Below, piece by piece: positions 38,287 through 50,385 of a stretch of 64,000 bases of DNA. The translations under genes were made by a program, and so were the position numbers. How positions within the stretch are numbered: position 1 is the first letter of the stretch; each line of letters starts with the position of its first letter. Source of the stretch: Octopus sinensis (lineage: Eukaryota); NCBI RefSeq assembly GCF_006345805.1, contig NC_043004.1:31930001-31994000 (forward strand), read 5' to 3'. The notes below the pieces were generated by a model. The model saw nothing but the letters and a program-made list of their open reading frames with translations, was not told where the DNA came from and searched no databases.

Positions 38287-38482
38287 CATTATTTAGTGTC
38301 CTCCATAAATACACATATATTAGAGAGAGAGAAAGATTTAGTAGAACAAACACGATAAAAAGAACTTGATTTGTGAATATAGATTTTATCTTTAATCAGC
38401 AGAAGTTACAAAGTGCCATGCACATAACATTCAGTCCTTCAGTCACTTTATAACTTCCACTGTATAAATACACACACACACA

Positions 38483-39474
38483 TACTGAACTGCAAAAAAA
38501 AAACGTGAGATGTGTGTAACTGTAAAATGTTTTAATTTCATTATGTCAGAGACAAATTTTGATTAATCTGATAGTCAATTTCAGGCCTATAGTACCCCAA
38601 ACCATGATGCTTTGGCCATCCCACATGTCTCTCTCCATAACACATGCGTCTCTGTAGCATTCACTCTTCCTATGCCGAACTCTCACTCTGGCATTCGAGG
38701 TGAAAACGCATTACCAGCTCGTGTCAGAGAAGACTATTGACCTCCATTGTTGATGCCGCCAGTGTTGGTGCTGTGTAGCCCACTGTAGTCATGCCTGATG
38801 GTGGCAGGCAATAAGGACAGGCTCTCGAGCAGGACAACGGCAACGCAGGTTGTTGGCTGCCAATCAATGTCATACCATGTCGTCGCTGTCCAGTGTCAGT
38901 GGTCTCATGAGCTGTCATACTGGCCAGTCTGAAGCAATCATGGAGGTGTTGCAGGTAGATGAAGTGGTCCTGTCAAGGCATGGCCACCCAGGAGCGCCCT
39001 CTGTGGGTACAGTCTGCAGTGCTGTTGGTACTGTTGTATCGTTGTTGCAGGCAATAGATGGTGCTGACATGGACATTGTAAGCCTTCACAACAGCCAGGG
39101 CATGCTGCCCTGCTTGCAATTGACTGATAGCTTGATCTCTTTGCACTGCTGACAATCGTATCATACCTGATGCGTCTAAATTATGAATGCCAGGAACGCA
39201 GTTCAAGTTGATTTTTATACTCATAACCTCCATGAAATGCACATGCATTTCAGTTTTCGTGATAATTGTTTGCAACTGCCACCCACGGCATTCAACACAG
39301 CTGCATTTTGGCGTCTCATTTCAGGGAAAGTTGAAAGGTTACCTGCAATTTGGGTCTCAGGCATAAATCAGCATGTCTTAGAATATTTACACTTACATCC
39401 CCAAGATAAATTTTCAGAATTTACCATAAAAAAAGTGACATTTGAAAAAATCTCATTTCTTTTCTGGTTCATTG
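38483..39474 (-). mobile_element. Internally deleted, degenerate Tc1-like transposon
   Basis: N-terminal transposase remnant MIRLSAVQRDQAISQLQAG...HVSTIYCLQQRY; imperfect TIRs resembling CA.TGAAC...AAAA...TGAG; TA at the right flank. Confidence 0.75.
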
Positions 39475-40616
39475 TATATATATATATATATTATATATAT
39501 ATATATATATATAATATAAATAAAATTGTCACTATTGTGTTAATGTTTGCTTTTCAATGCTTACATGGGTTGGATGGAGTTTACTGAGGCAAATTTTCTA
39601 TGGTTGGCTCCCCTGCTTGTTACCAAACCGTACCTGTTTTCGAACAAGGTGGACATGCGTGGCTTAGTGGTTAGGGTATTGGACTCATGATCGTAAGATT
39701 GTTGTTTCAATTCCTGGACCAGGCAACATGTGTTCTTGAACAAAACATTTCATTTCACATTGCTGCAGTCCACTCAGCTGGCAAAAATGAGTAATTCTGT
39801 GATGGATAGGTAGAGAATATATACACTACAGAAACCAGAAAACCAGCCTTATGAGTGTATATGACTCAGGAATGATCTTTATCGTTTTAGACAATGTTTT
39901 TGCAGAATATTGGAATTGAATGGCATTCATTTACAACAATCAAGCAATGTTAAGGACAAGGAGACACAAGTACTCACTCGTACAAGTGCGTGCACACACA
40001 CACACACACACACATAAATATGTATGTGTGTGATATATGTATAACTGGCTTCTTTCAGTTTCCACCTACCAGATCCATTCACAAGGCTTTGGTCATCCTG
40101 GAGCAATAGTTGAAACTTGCTCAAGGTGCCATGCAATGGAACTGAGCCCAAAGCCATGGGGTTGAGAAGCAGATTTCTTAATCATGCAGCCAAACCTGTG
40201 CCTGCCTATTATATAACCTTCACCCACATCTATATCATTCCCTACTCCCATTTCTTCCCCTGTCTCCTCCATTCCTTATTCACCTCTATCCTTCCTAAAC
40301 CTAACCTTCTGCCTTGGTCACAGGACACATCATTTGCATAGAAAGTGATGTGCTTTGTATAAACTCCCTGTTCTTTACTTGTTTTAATCATGTTTTTGGA
40401 AGGGGTTTCACTCAACCCTAGATGTCACTAGACTTGTAGATATACCTAATTGTATGTTATCTGATATTTACAATGAATGCCATCATCTGATAAGTGTTGC
40501 CTTCAATTCTTTAACAGTGAAACAATAAATTCCAACTCATAGGTTCGTTATGCTCCAGCTTGACTTGGATGGGACTTCAATGCACAGTCCTATCACAGTG
40601 CTTGGTTGAGGAAGTA

Positions 40617-41560
40617 CGAGGATCAGCTGAAAGGTTCATAGGTTAACCAAATGAGTTTATTTTTAACATAGTCCCCCTTTGTGGTCCACATCAACCAGTT
40701 CAAAGCTACAGTCACACACAGTAGCTATTGAAGTCAAGAACTTGTGTGCTAGAGCATTTTTCTGACGAAACAAGACCACTTTCATCAGTTTTCATAGGTA
40801 TTTGTCTTGATAGCCTTTTGTAACTGCCTCAGCAAGTTGGAATATTTCTCTTCATTGATGGTATGACACTTTTGAAGATAGTCAATAAACACAATACCTT
40901 TTGCATGCCAAAAAAGCTGAGGCCATCACCTTCTCTGGAGATGAAACAACTTGGCCTTCTTTGGAACAGAAACTCTCAGCTTGGCTTAGGAAATATTCAA
41001 GGAAACCAGCTGGATCTACCTCAAACAATGTCGGATCTTCCTGTAATATAATCAGCCTGGTGCACTTCTGATCAGGTGTCAGAAGACATGACACCCACCA
41101 AGCAGAAACTTTCGTCATGCCAAGTTCATTGTGTAAAATACATGCTAATAGCATTGGCTATTTGAGTTATAGTCAATCGCCTGTCCTCCATCACCATGTG
41201 ATGAACACAATCAATGTTTTCCTTGGTGGTGGCAGTGGCAGGGTGTCAGGACCTTCAGTCATCTTCAAGATTCTCCCTTCCCTTCCTAAATTCAGCTACC
41301 AATTTTTGCCCTGTTGATAAAACTGGAGCATCATCTAATGTAGCAACCATGTCTGTATGAATGTCCTTGAGGGCTAAACCCTTTTTCTGCAGATACTTGA
41401 TAACACGTTGATGCCAAATTTTGTCCATTTTCCATAGAAGTCACTACTAGTTAGATTTGAAGTCTTCTTTGAACAGTCAGGTGTCAGTTAACTGGCAAGA
41501 AACAATGCAGTTATCAATAAGTTGGGTTGAAATTAATGCATGCAATTTTTCACAACTCTA
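40617..41560 (-). mobile_element. Degenerate mariner-like element, truncated
   Basis: TA|CGAGGATCAGCTGAAAGGTTCATAGG end; remnants LHNELGMTKVSAWWVSCLLTPDQK and EKVMASAF. Confidence 0.75.
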
Positions 41561-41996
41561 GCTTCGCTCTTTCATTGTGGAGTGTGTCTTTTGGAGTATG
41601 TTACCTGTGGAGTACATTGACTGTCAGGGTTCACAGCATATGAAATACTATGTAATTGTTGAGGCACATTCTTTGTAGGATGCAGTGTTTGCTTAAATAG
41701 ACAAAAATCTCTTGTAGTTAAATATAAGGGAGGCATAGTTAAACAGGCATGTGGGTAGTGTCTAACAGTAATTTATTCTCTGAACATTTCTAGTCTTCTT
41801 CACTGACCAATATACATTCTTATACTATTAGTTGGTGATTTTTCTCATTGCTCCATTGACGACAATGAAATACTAATTAAAAGAATTAAAATAATAGTCA
41901 ATGGCTAATATTTTTAGTTTGCTTTTTAATCATTTTAATGTCCACTTTTCCATGCTTGCATGGGTCAAATGGAATTCATTTAGATAGATTTTCTAT

Positions 41997-42180
41997 AGGG
42001 AGAGTTTATGAAAAAACAAAAGACGAAGACAGGTAGTGTATAAAACAAACAGATGTATTAGTATAACACTCAGGAATAGAAAAAGTCTTTTACGTTTCGA
42101 GCCTATGCTCTTCTACAGAAAGGGACACAGAAAAAACAAGGCGAGAAAACAATGTGTGTAGTGGCTAACGATCTATCATG
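41997..42180 (-). mobile_element. Penelope-like pLTR fragment with minimal hammerhead-like motif, inserted with 10-bp TSD
   Basis: TSD GATTTTCTAT at 41987-41996 and 42181-42190. - strand CCCTTT-CTGTAGAA-GAGCATAGGCTC-GAAACGT-A-AAAG at about 42085-42124. Partial second copy near 15985-16045. Confidence 0.65.
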
Positions 42181-42416
42181 GATTTTCTATGGCTGGTTGC
42201 CCATATTGTTGCAAATCCTCATCTGTTTCCAAGCAAAGTGTTTTTACCCATGGCCAGACCTATTTGCATAGAAGATTGCAAACAAGCACCACCACCTGTA
42301 TGATGATGTTTCTTTACAACCATCACGCAAGGCCAAGAAAAGGAGATGCGCATGCATGTGCACATACACACATACTCATCATCATCATCCTCATCATCAT
42401 GTGTGTGAAAGAGATA

Positions 42417-43701
42417 TTAGGTTGTTTCAAAAATAATGGCCAATTTCAGAAACATAATTTTATTCTGGAAAAATTAACAATAGAAATGTTTTGATTAGTC
42501 AAAGTATGAGTTGTGAACATCTATGCATCTCTGCCATCGATCAACAAAATTATTTATACCTCATTGATAAAAACTTATCGGCTTTGATGCTAAGAAATCT
42601 TTGAAAGCCAATTCCACCTCTGGTTTGGAGTTGAAAGTTTTATCACTTAAAAACGTGTTTAAATGCTTAAAAAAATGGTAGTCTGTGGGTGAAAGATCAG
42701 GAGAATATGGAGGATATGGTAAAGTCTCGTATTGCAAACCTATGAGTTTCAGCAGTATCATTCTTGCAACATGTGACTATGCATTATCGTGGAGCAGAAT
42801 TGGGCCATTCCAATTCAATGCAGGTCTCATTTTTTGCAAGTGAGCATGCATTTCAGTGAGTTGATTGCAGTAAACCTCTGTTGTAATGCTCTGATTGGCT
42901 TCCAGAAAGCTGTAATGAACAACACCAATTGCTGACCACCAGACAGTCATCATAATCCTTTGCTGATGCAACTTTGGCTTTGGGAAATGTTTGGGGGACT
43001 CATCACGATCAAGCCATTGACCTAATTGTTTATGGTTATCATAAAGGATCTACTTTTCATCACAAGCCACTATTTGGTCAAGAAAAGGATCATTGCCATT
43101 TCACAGAAACAGCATCAAGCACACTTCAAAACGCCAAACTTTTTAATTTTCATTGAGCTCATACAGTACCCATTTTTCAAGCTTTTTCATCTTACCAATC
43201 TTCTGCAGATTGCATAAGACTGTTGCAATACCGATACCAAATGCCTGAGACATTTCTCTGACACTTCGACATGGGTTTTGTTCAACAATTGCTTTCAATT
43301 GTTCATTGTCAAGACTGCATGACCGTCCTCTACCTTCTTCATCTTCAAGGCTCTCATCACCACTATGAAATTTCTGAAACCACCTTCGTACTGTGTGATC
43401 ACTTGTGGACCCCTCTCCCCATGCTCTATTGGTATTGGTAGCAGTTTAGGAGGCATTGTGTCCAAGCATGAACTCATGCAAGAAAAGTAAGCGAGGGTCC
43501 TTTTTTGTTGTGTTCATAATTAAGGACGCCTATAATTCAAGAATGTTTTCTGTCTGAAATAAGTAGAAAATTATTAAAGAGCATACATCAATTATTAAGT
43601 ATGTTGAAATTCACCTAAAATATAATTAAAATACTATGATAAAATACTCTGTGTTTCAAAACACAACACTTAGAGTGGCCATTATTTTTGGAACAACCTA
43701 A
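42417..43701 (-). mobile_element. Full-length (1285 bp) but inactivated mariner transposon
   Basis: TIRs TTAGGTTGTT(T/C)CAAAAATAATGGCC, TA TSDs, transposase remnants KWVLYEL, MMTVWWS, LLHDNA and YPPYSPDLSPTDYHFF, broken by stops and frameshifts. Confidence 0.92.
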
Positions 43702-46593
43702 TATTTATATATGATGGTCTTCTTTCTGTTTCTGTCTATCAAATCCATTCATGTGGTTTTGGTCAGCCTGGGACTATAGTAGAATACACTTGCCCAAAGT
43801 TCCACAAAATGGGACTGAACCCCCAACTATGTAGTTGGGAAGCAAACTTCTTAACAACATGATCATGCTTGTTCCTATCACAGCCATGCATTGAATGTTA
43901 GCACTTAAAGACATCCAAGAAAAAGGCCACCCAACTGATTGCCTCTAGCTTCTGGTCTACAGGTGTGCTCTTTCCTCTCTTTACCTTTTCTGCTACTCTT
44001 ATAATGGTCTTTCCTTTTCAAATCTTTTACTTTCTGAACTTTCATTTGGAATTCTCTCCTTTCTAATGTATTTCCCAACAACTGTGGGAAATAGATGAGC
44101 AAGGAGGGAATTTATCATTTGTCATCCACTTTTCCATGTTTGTGGCAGATATTCTCTTGGGGGATGTCCTTCCTATCACCAACCTTCATCTGTTTCCCAA
44201 CAAGGTAATATTTCCCCATGGCCAGATGTACTTTCAGAAAATATTAACAATGGATATTGCTCATTTGACAGTGACACTATCACTTGTCAAGATGAGAAGA
44301 CAAAAACACAATTTCTCTCTCTCTTGTTCTCATATGATGGACTTCTTTCAGTTTCAGTCTACCGAATCCACTTACAAGGCTTTGGTCAGCCTGGGATTAT
44401 AGTAGAAGACTCTTGCCCAAGGTGCCATGCTGTAGGACTGAATCTAGAACTATGTTGTTGGGAAGTAAACTTCTTACCACACAACCATGCCAGTGCCTAT
44501 ATGCCAAAATGCAAAAAATATTACAGCCTCATTCTTTATTTATTTTGTATTCAGGTCTGCTTTGAGACCATTTGACAGCTTTTACATCTAAAGCTATTGA
44601 TGTTCTTTTCTGACATTCACTGATCCAGTCGTATAATCTCTTTATCTCTGCATTTCTTTGATGTTATTGTATCCAGTGTAATTGCATGTTCTTAAAATGA
44701 TTTTAGTCAAGAAGAAATATCTATTCTTGTAATTGTTGCAGGGCCTCCAATACTGATCTTGTGAATGATTGTTTACAGTTGTTGTGAGTTGGTGAGATTG
44801 ATGTCTAGGCTAGGTCAGCTCTGATCAAGTAAACTTATGATTTTCAGCTATTCAGTGTAACTCACCTTTGTTTAAAGATCGTACTTCATATTCTGGTATG
44901 TAAACGCAGTTTGATCACAGTATTGAGTGGTATATGGCAGTCTGGGCATATTGTACTCTCTCCACTATCAAGTCTGTCTGTTTCTGTTATAGTCCTGGCT
45001 GTTTAGTCCCAGGTCAGCCTTGATTTTTGAGCCATGACTATCTTATCTTTCTGGAGCATCTAGTTTAATGAATTTCTTTTCTTACATATGATGGTACGAT
45101 ATGATTTGAGAGATATTGTTACTATTTCTAGCAGGTCGTGTGATCAAAAAGTCTCCTATTTTTACTCACAATATAGGTTTTGGTGGTCAGTACAGTGAAT
45201 TGTCTCAGATTTCAGTAGTGGCCACAGTAATGTGTGTTTAAGGTGGTTTATTCACAACTATGAATGGTTGAGTCCACTCTAGTTTTCTGTAACTCTGAGA
45301 ATGGTGCTAACTTCCTATAAACTCAATTCATTTATGGATCTTGCATATTACACTAGATGGATTTTTATAGTGTTTTGATTTTAAATATTTTATTTCAACC
45401 ATTCACCTAGAATCGTGTCTTTCTTAGGTGCTTGTGTGAAGTATTAAGTATAGCAACTGAAAGCTAACAAAACTCTTGGTATTTATTTACAGCTAGGTAA
45501 ATCAGGGCATTAGGAGTTGAGAGCCCTTTTCAGATATTCAGCACACAATTAGTGAAGTAAAGTACTTTAATGGCTGGTTTGTTGCTTGACTGGAATAGGA
45601 TGGGTCTAGATTTTAGCTGCATAAATGGTTACCTTAAGGTAGATATTGTTTGAAATCTAAACCTTTCTTATCATGCTGGCCTTGTATTGTAGTCTGTCTA
45701 CAAGGAGAAAAGAGACTCTACAATATTCGTTTCTCCCACCACAGTTATTCATGTTGAACATTTAATCTGTTTATCGTCACTGTCTTTCACTAATCTTTAT
45801 TTATCCATCATTGGCTACAGGAGAAAGCAGCTGCTCTTTTTGTGCTGGGCTCTCTGACATGATTTGGGTCCATGTGCAGCAACAGGTAGGTCTATTGCAC
45901 TAGCATCATTGCAATATGGTGCTACACTGCTTCAGTATAAACACTGCTCCCCGCTCTATAATTCACTTATTTGCTTATACTCAGGTTTAAAAATCAAGCG
46001 GCAATGATTTTCTTTGTGGGTCAGGATTTAAAAAAAAAATTAGTATTTCTCTCTCATCTTGGTTTCAACCACTGCTCCAGCCTGTTAGTATTACTCAAGG
46101 TACTGCACACAATACATGCATTAGATGTGCATCCTCTCCACTACATGACGGGTAACACAACTGTTGCACTACACTCGAAATGACATGCTTTAGGCACAGT
46201 CAACATACCACATGCATATCCACACACTTGCATATATACATAAATATGTACATACATATGCATGCAAACATGGCTGCACATGCACACTTACATGTATGTG
46301 CATTGACACACACTAAAACGCAACAATAATATCACAGTATTTTGAGACTTTACAATCACACTACTCTAGAGTTGAAACTCTATAATATGAATATTACAGC
46401 TGCAAACCCATTACATGGCAATTGTACTATACACTGCATTGAAACACAGGCCATCACTATACTGTATAAATACTATGTTATATATTTATGACGCTGTTCA
46501 CTTTAACTACACTACATTGAAATACTGTCTTTACAACTATATAAATACCATTTTAATATGCTTTATTATTAAAGGTGCAAAAATATCACAAAA

Positions 46594-46635
46594 AACTGCT
46601 ACTCAGAGTTTCACATTCGTGTTCATCGGGCAATT
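46594..46635 (-). ncRNA. Minimal type I hammerhead-ribozyme motif (CCGAUGA core) within a Penelope-like inverted repeat
   Basis: - strand AATTGC-CCGATGA-ACA CGAA TGT-GAA-ACTC T GAGT-A-GCAGTT: 6-bp stem I, 3-bp stem II, palindromic stem III, GUA cleavage triplet. Confidence 0.7.
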
Positions 46636-47334
46636 GTGATCAAGAATGGCATAGCAGTTTTTTGTGATGTTTTTACAGCTTTAATAAAAAAGCATATTAC
46701 TCTGCCTCTGGTATTCGAGTACTATTTTTTCCCCACCTTGTTTCATATTTATGTACTTACTCAGGTGAATACCATAGTACGTAATTGCTAACCCTATAGA
46801 CTACAAACATACTGCACTCTATGTTGCAAGGCTGTAATGATTCTGTATACTATGCAAGGATTGGGGTACATTACAGGAAGACTACTTTATATTGATATTG
46901 ACCTTAATATCATTGTATCTATCAAGTCAATGTAGGCAACCAGGAAGCATTATGCTAACTTCACTAATATACTTCAGAGAATCTTTTGCAGTACTGTGAG
47001 TGTATGTAGTGATGTCAGTATGTATGATTGCATGTGTATAGTTGATATAACAGAAACAGCACACACACATTATTAAACGCCTACAGTTAATAACTGTGAA
47101 TAAAACATCTCACATTTTTTATTCCTCAATTTTTCCCCTATAAATTTTGCTTAAACACTTTAAAAAATTTCTTTAGTTGGTTATACATTTATTATTCTAT
47201 TGGCATTTTTTTTGCTGATCCTTTTAGAATTTTCACATTTCTGCAGCAATTTGCAATAGGAAACTGTTCTTGCTTAAATCTCACTTGGCAATTTTTTTTT
47301 TTCAACCTAATGTTTAATTATTACTATTATTATT

Positions 47335-47990
47335 AGGGTGGCAAGCTGGCAGAATCGTTAGCACACCAGGCAAAATGCTTAGCAGCATTTCATGTCTTTT
47401 CATTCTGAGTTCAAATTCCACAAAGGTTGACTTTGCCTTACATCTTTTGTATCAGTTAATAATTATCAGTTAAGTACTGGGGTCGATGTGATTGACTAAC
47501 CCCCTCCCCCAAATTTCAGGTTGTTTACTTATACAAGAAAGGATTATTATTATTATTATTATTATAATCGTTAGCACACCAGGCAAAATGCTTTGCAGCA
47601 TTTCGTCCACCTTTGTTCTGAGTTCAAATTCTGCTGAGGTCAACTTTGCCTTTTATCCTTTCAGGGTCAAGGCCTTGTGCCTATAGTAGAAAGGATTATT
47701 ATTAAGGCAGTGAGCTGGCTGTATCATTTGCACACTGGACAAAATGCTTAGTGGTCCGTCTTTACATTCTGAATTCAAATTCCACTGAGATTGACTTTGC
47801 CTTTCATCCTTTCAGGGTCGATAAATTAAGTTTCAGTGAAACATTGGGGACGATATAATCAAGTAGTCTCCTCCCTCAAAATTTCAAGCCTTATACCTAT
47901 AGTAGTAAGGATTATTATTATTATTGCCACAAATTTTGAGGGAAGATACAGATGATTATATTGACACTTAACATCTATTTTATTGACCCC
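47335..47990 (+). mobile_element. Head-to-tail cluster of a second tRNA-like SINE family (family B)
   Basis: Three repeats of ...ATCGTTAGCACAC..G.CAAAATGCTT...TTCTGA.TTCAAATTC...ACTTTGCCTT separated by (ATT)n tails; other copies near 22010, 26720 and 36000. Confidence 0.75.
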
Positions 47991-50235
47991 AGAAGAATAA
48001 GTCAGCAGCTTTTTTTTTTTTAAATAAAAATTAGTAGCTAATGTTTGAAGTTAAATCTGATCTGCACATCAAATCAAGACCGAACATCTTGCTAGCTTAG
48101 ACATTAACCCTTCTATTACCATATTTCTGTTGAAACACTCTACTTTTGTTTTAATTAGTTTTGAAATAATGAAGAATTTAATTAAATAACTTATTATCAA
48201 GCTAGTGTTTGAAACAGAAATTAACATTAACTTTTGATGTAAGATTTTTAAACCTAAATTACTTTAAAACAGGAAGTTTATATCCTAGATCTAAAGGTGG
48301 TCTCAGCTGAGTTGTTATCAAGAGTTTAGTGATAGTGAAAAAGTCTGACCCAATTAATTTAGGAAGTGATTTCCAGATGAAATATTTGCTGGCCTATATT
48401 GAGGTGAGTACTTAGACCTGCAGATAAACATTTTCAGCTGCTAGCCATGCATGTTCAGTAAGCTATACCTATTTAACTCCTGTCCACCAAGCTTTGTCTT
48501 AATTCTTGTCATTAGTTTTCTTACTCTCTGCTCTCATATTATTTATAAATGTACCTTTTAGCTAAGAGTGTTCTTTTTCTTTTCTTTTTTTTTATATTTT
48601 CTAAAATGTTATACATATATAAATTTTCTTTGATGTCACATTAAAAGCTCTCAGTCCATTCTGTGGGGTGGTTGGTGTTAGGAAGGGCATCCAGCCATAA
48701 AAACCATACCAAACAGACAGAAGTTTGGTGCAGTCTTCTGTCAATCCAACCCATGCCAGCATGGAAGGCAGCGGTTAAATGATTAAATAGTTTTAAGAGA
48801 TAGCCATAATACCTTGTTAATGTGTTAAATGTGAGTTTGTTTTATCAAAACTCTGATACTGTTCTTTATTGGTGGTAGAAGGCTTCCCAGGCCATGTTGT
48901 ATCCATGTTTTGAGTGATTTACATCTCTTAACAAAATTTTATTAAAAGTTAATCTACAACAATGAAGACAAGTGGTTCTAAATAACTCTTTGCTGTAAGT
49001 TACAGGCCTTTTCTTTATCTAAACCAGTGTGTTGACCAGTCAGGCAGTGGGCAATGGCATGATAGCCTTAGTGTTGGAAATAAGACTATAAGAGCTAAGC
49101 AACATACATAGAACGAGTAGCAAAAACTGGGTAGCAATGAACAATGCAAATAAACTTGGCGGTTAGCAAAAAAACAATAATCAACCAAGAGAAAGTTAGT
49201 TTGAGAGGCTTGCAGTGTTGGGAGTTGCAAGGACATGGAATGTCATTGTTGAGAAGTGTATTTAAATGATACAGTCACTCTTGGTTTCTGAAATAATATA
49301 TGGTGGAAGGCATGGAAATGTCATGAGAAGTAAGTCTATAGAGGTTAATTCATAGTGATGAGATAACATGAAAAAGATGAAAGCTATAGACGTTATCAGA
49401 GATTGTTGCTGAGATTGCGAAAATATCAGGTTGTGTAGTAGATACCTCCATGATTAGTATAACAGTATCAACATAAACTGAGACAAGGGCAAAGGAGATG
49501 CTTTAGAGACGGGTATTACTGAGACTTCAGTGTGAAAATAGTAACGAAAGGGAGTTGGTGTGGTTAATACAAGACAATAGAATTAGATTTATACCAGAAC
49601 ATGGATCCATATCTACCTTGTTTCCAGTGAAACTCTTGCAAGAAAAATTAAGAGCAAATAAACTAAAAACAAAATTTCTCATTCATTTGTTTATTGAAGA
49701 TAGCATTTAATAGAGATCCATGGTTTGTGGGTGTGTGATAAGTAGTTTGCTACCCAGCCACATGGTTCTGGGTTCAGTCCTACTGCATGTCATCTTGAAC
49801 AAGTGTCTTCTACCAAAGCTCAGGCTGACCAAAGCCTTATGATTGGATTTGGCTGATGGAAACTGAAAGAAGCCTGTGTGTGAGTGTGTACATGTGTGTA
49901 TTAAAAACAATAAAGGGAACGGAGACTTATACATCATCATTGTTGTTTAATGTCTGATTTCCATGCTGGCATGGGTTGGATGGTTTGACTGAGGGCTGGC
50001 AAGCCAGAAGGCTGTTCTAGGCTCCAATCCGATCTGGCAAAGTTTCTACAGCTGGATGCCCTTCCTAATGTTAACTACAAGAATGTAGTGGGTGCTTTTT
50101 ATGTGTCACTGGCACAAGGGCCAGTCAGGTGGCAGTGGCAACGACCATGCTCGAATGGTGCTTTATACGTGCCACTGGCACTGGCATCGACCATGCTCGA
50201 ATAGTGTGTTTTATGTGCCACTAGCACGGGAGCTA

Positions 50236-50385
50236 TTACAGCATATTATAATGACTTGCACATGTTTCTGCTGTACATGTTTACACTGCAGCAACTACTG
50301 ACTGTTGCAAATGCATTTGCAACAGCGAAAAGTGTCGCAGCAGTGGAAACATGTGCAGGCTGTTATAAAATGCTGTATATAACTG
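50236..50385. repeat. Imperfect foldback of about 150 bp with perfect 24-bp central palindrome
   Basis: CTGTTGCAAATG|CATTTGCAACAG at 50302-50325; outer arms CATGTTTACACTGCAGC / GCAGCAGTGGAAACATG and TACAGCATATTATAA / TTATAAAATGCTGTA. Confidence 0.75.

Noticed and set aside
42417-43701. Possible active or domesticated mariner
   Set aside because: Transposase split by several stops and frameshifts; an ordinary dead copy.
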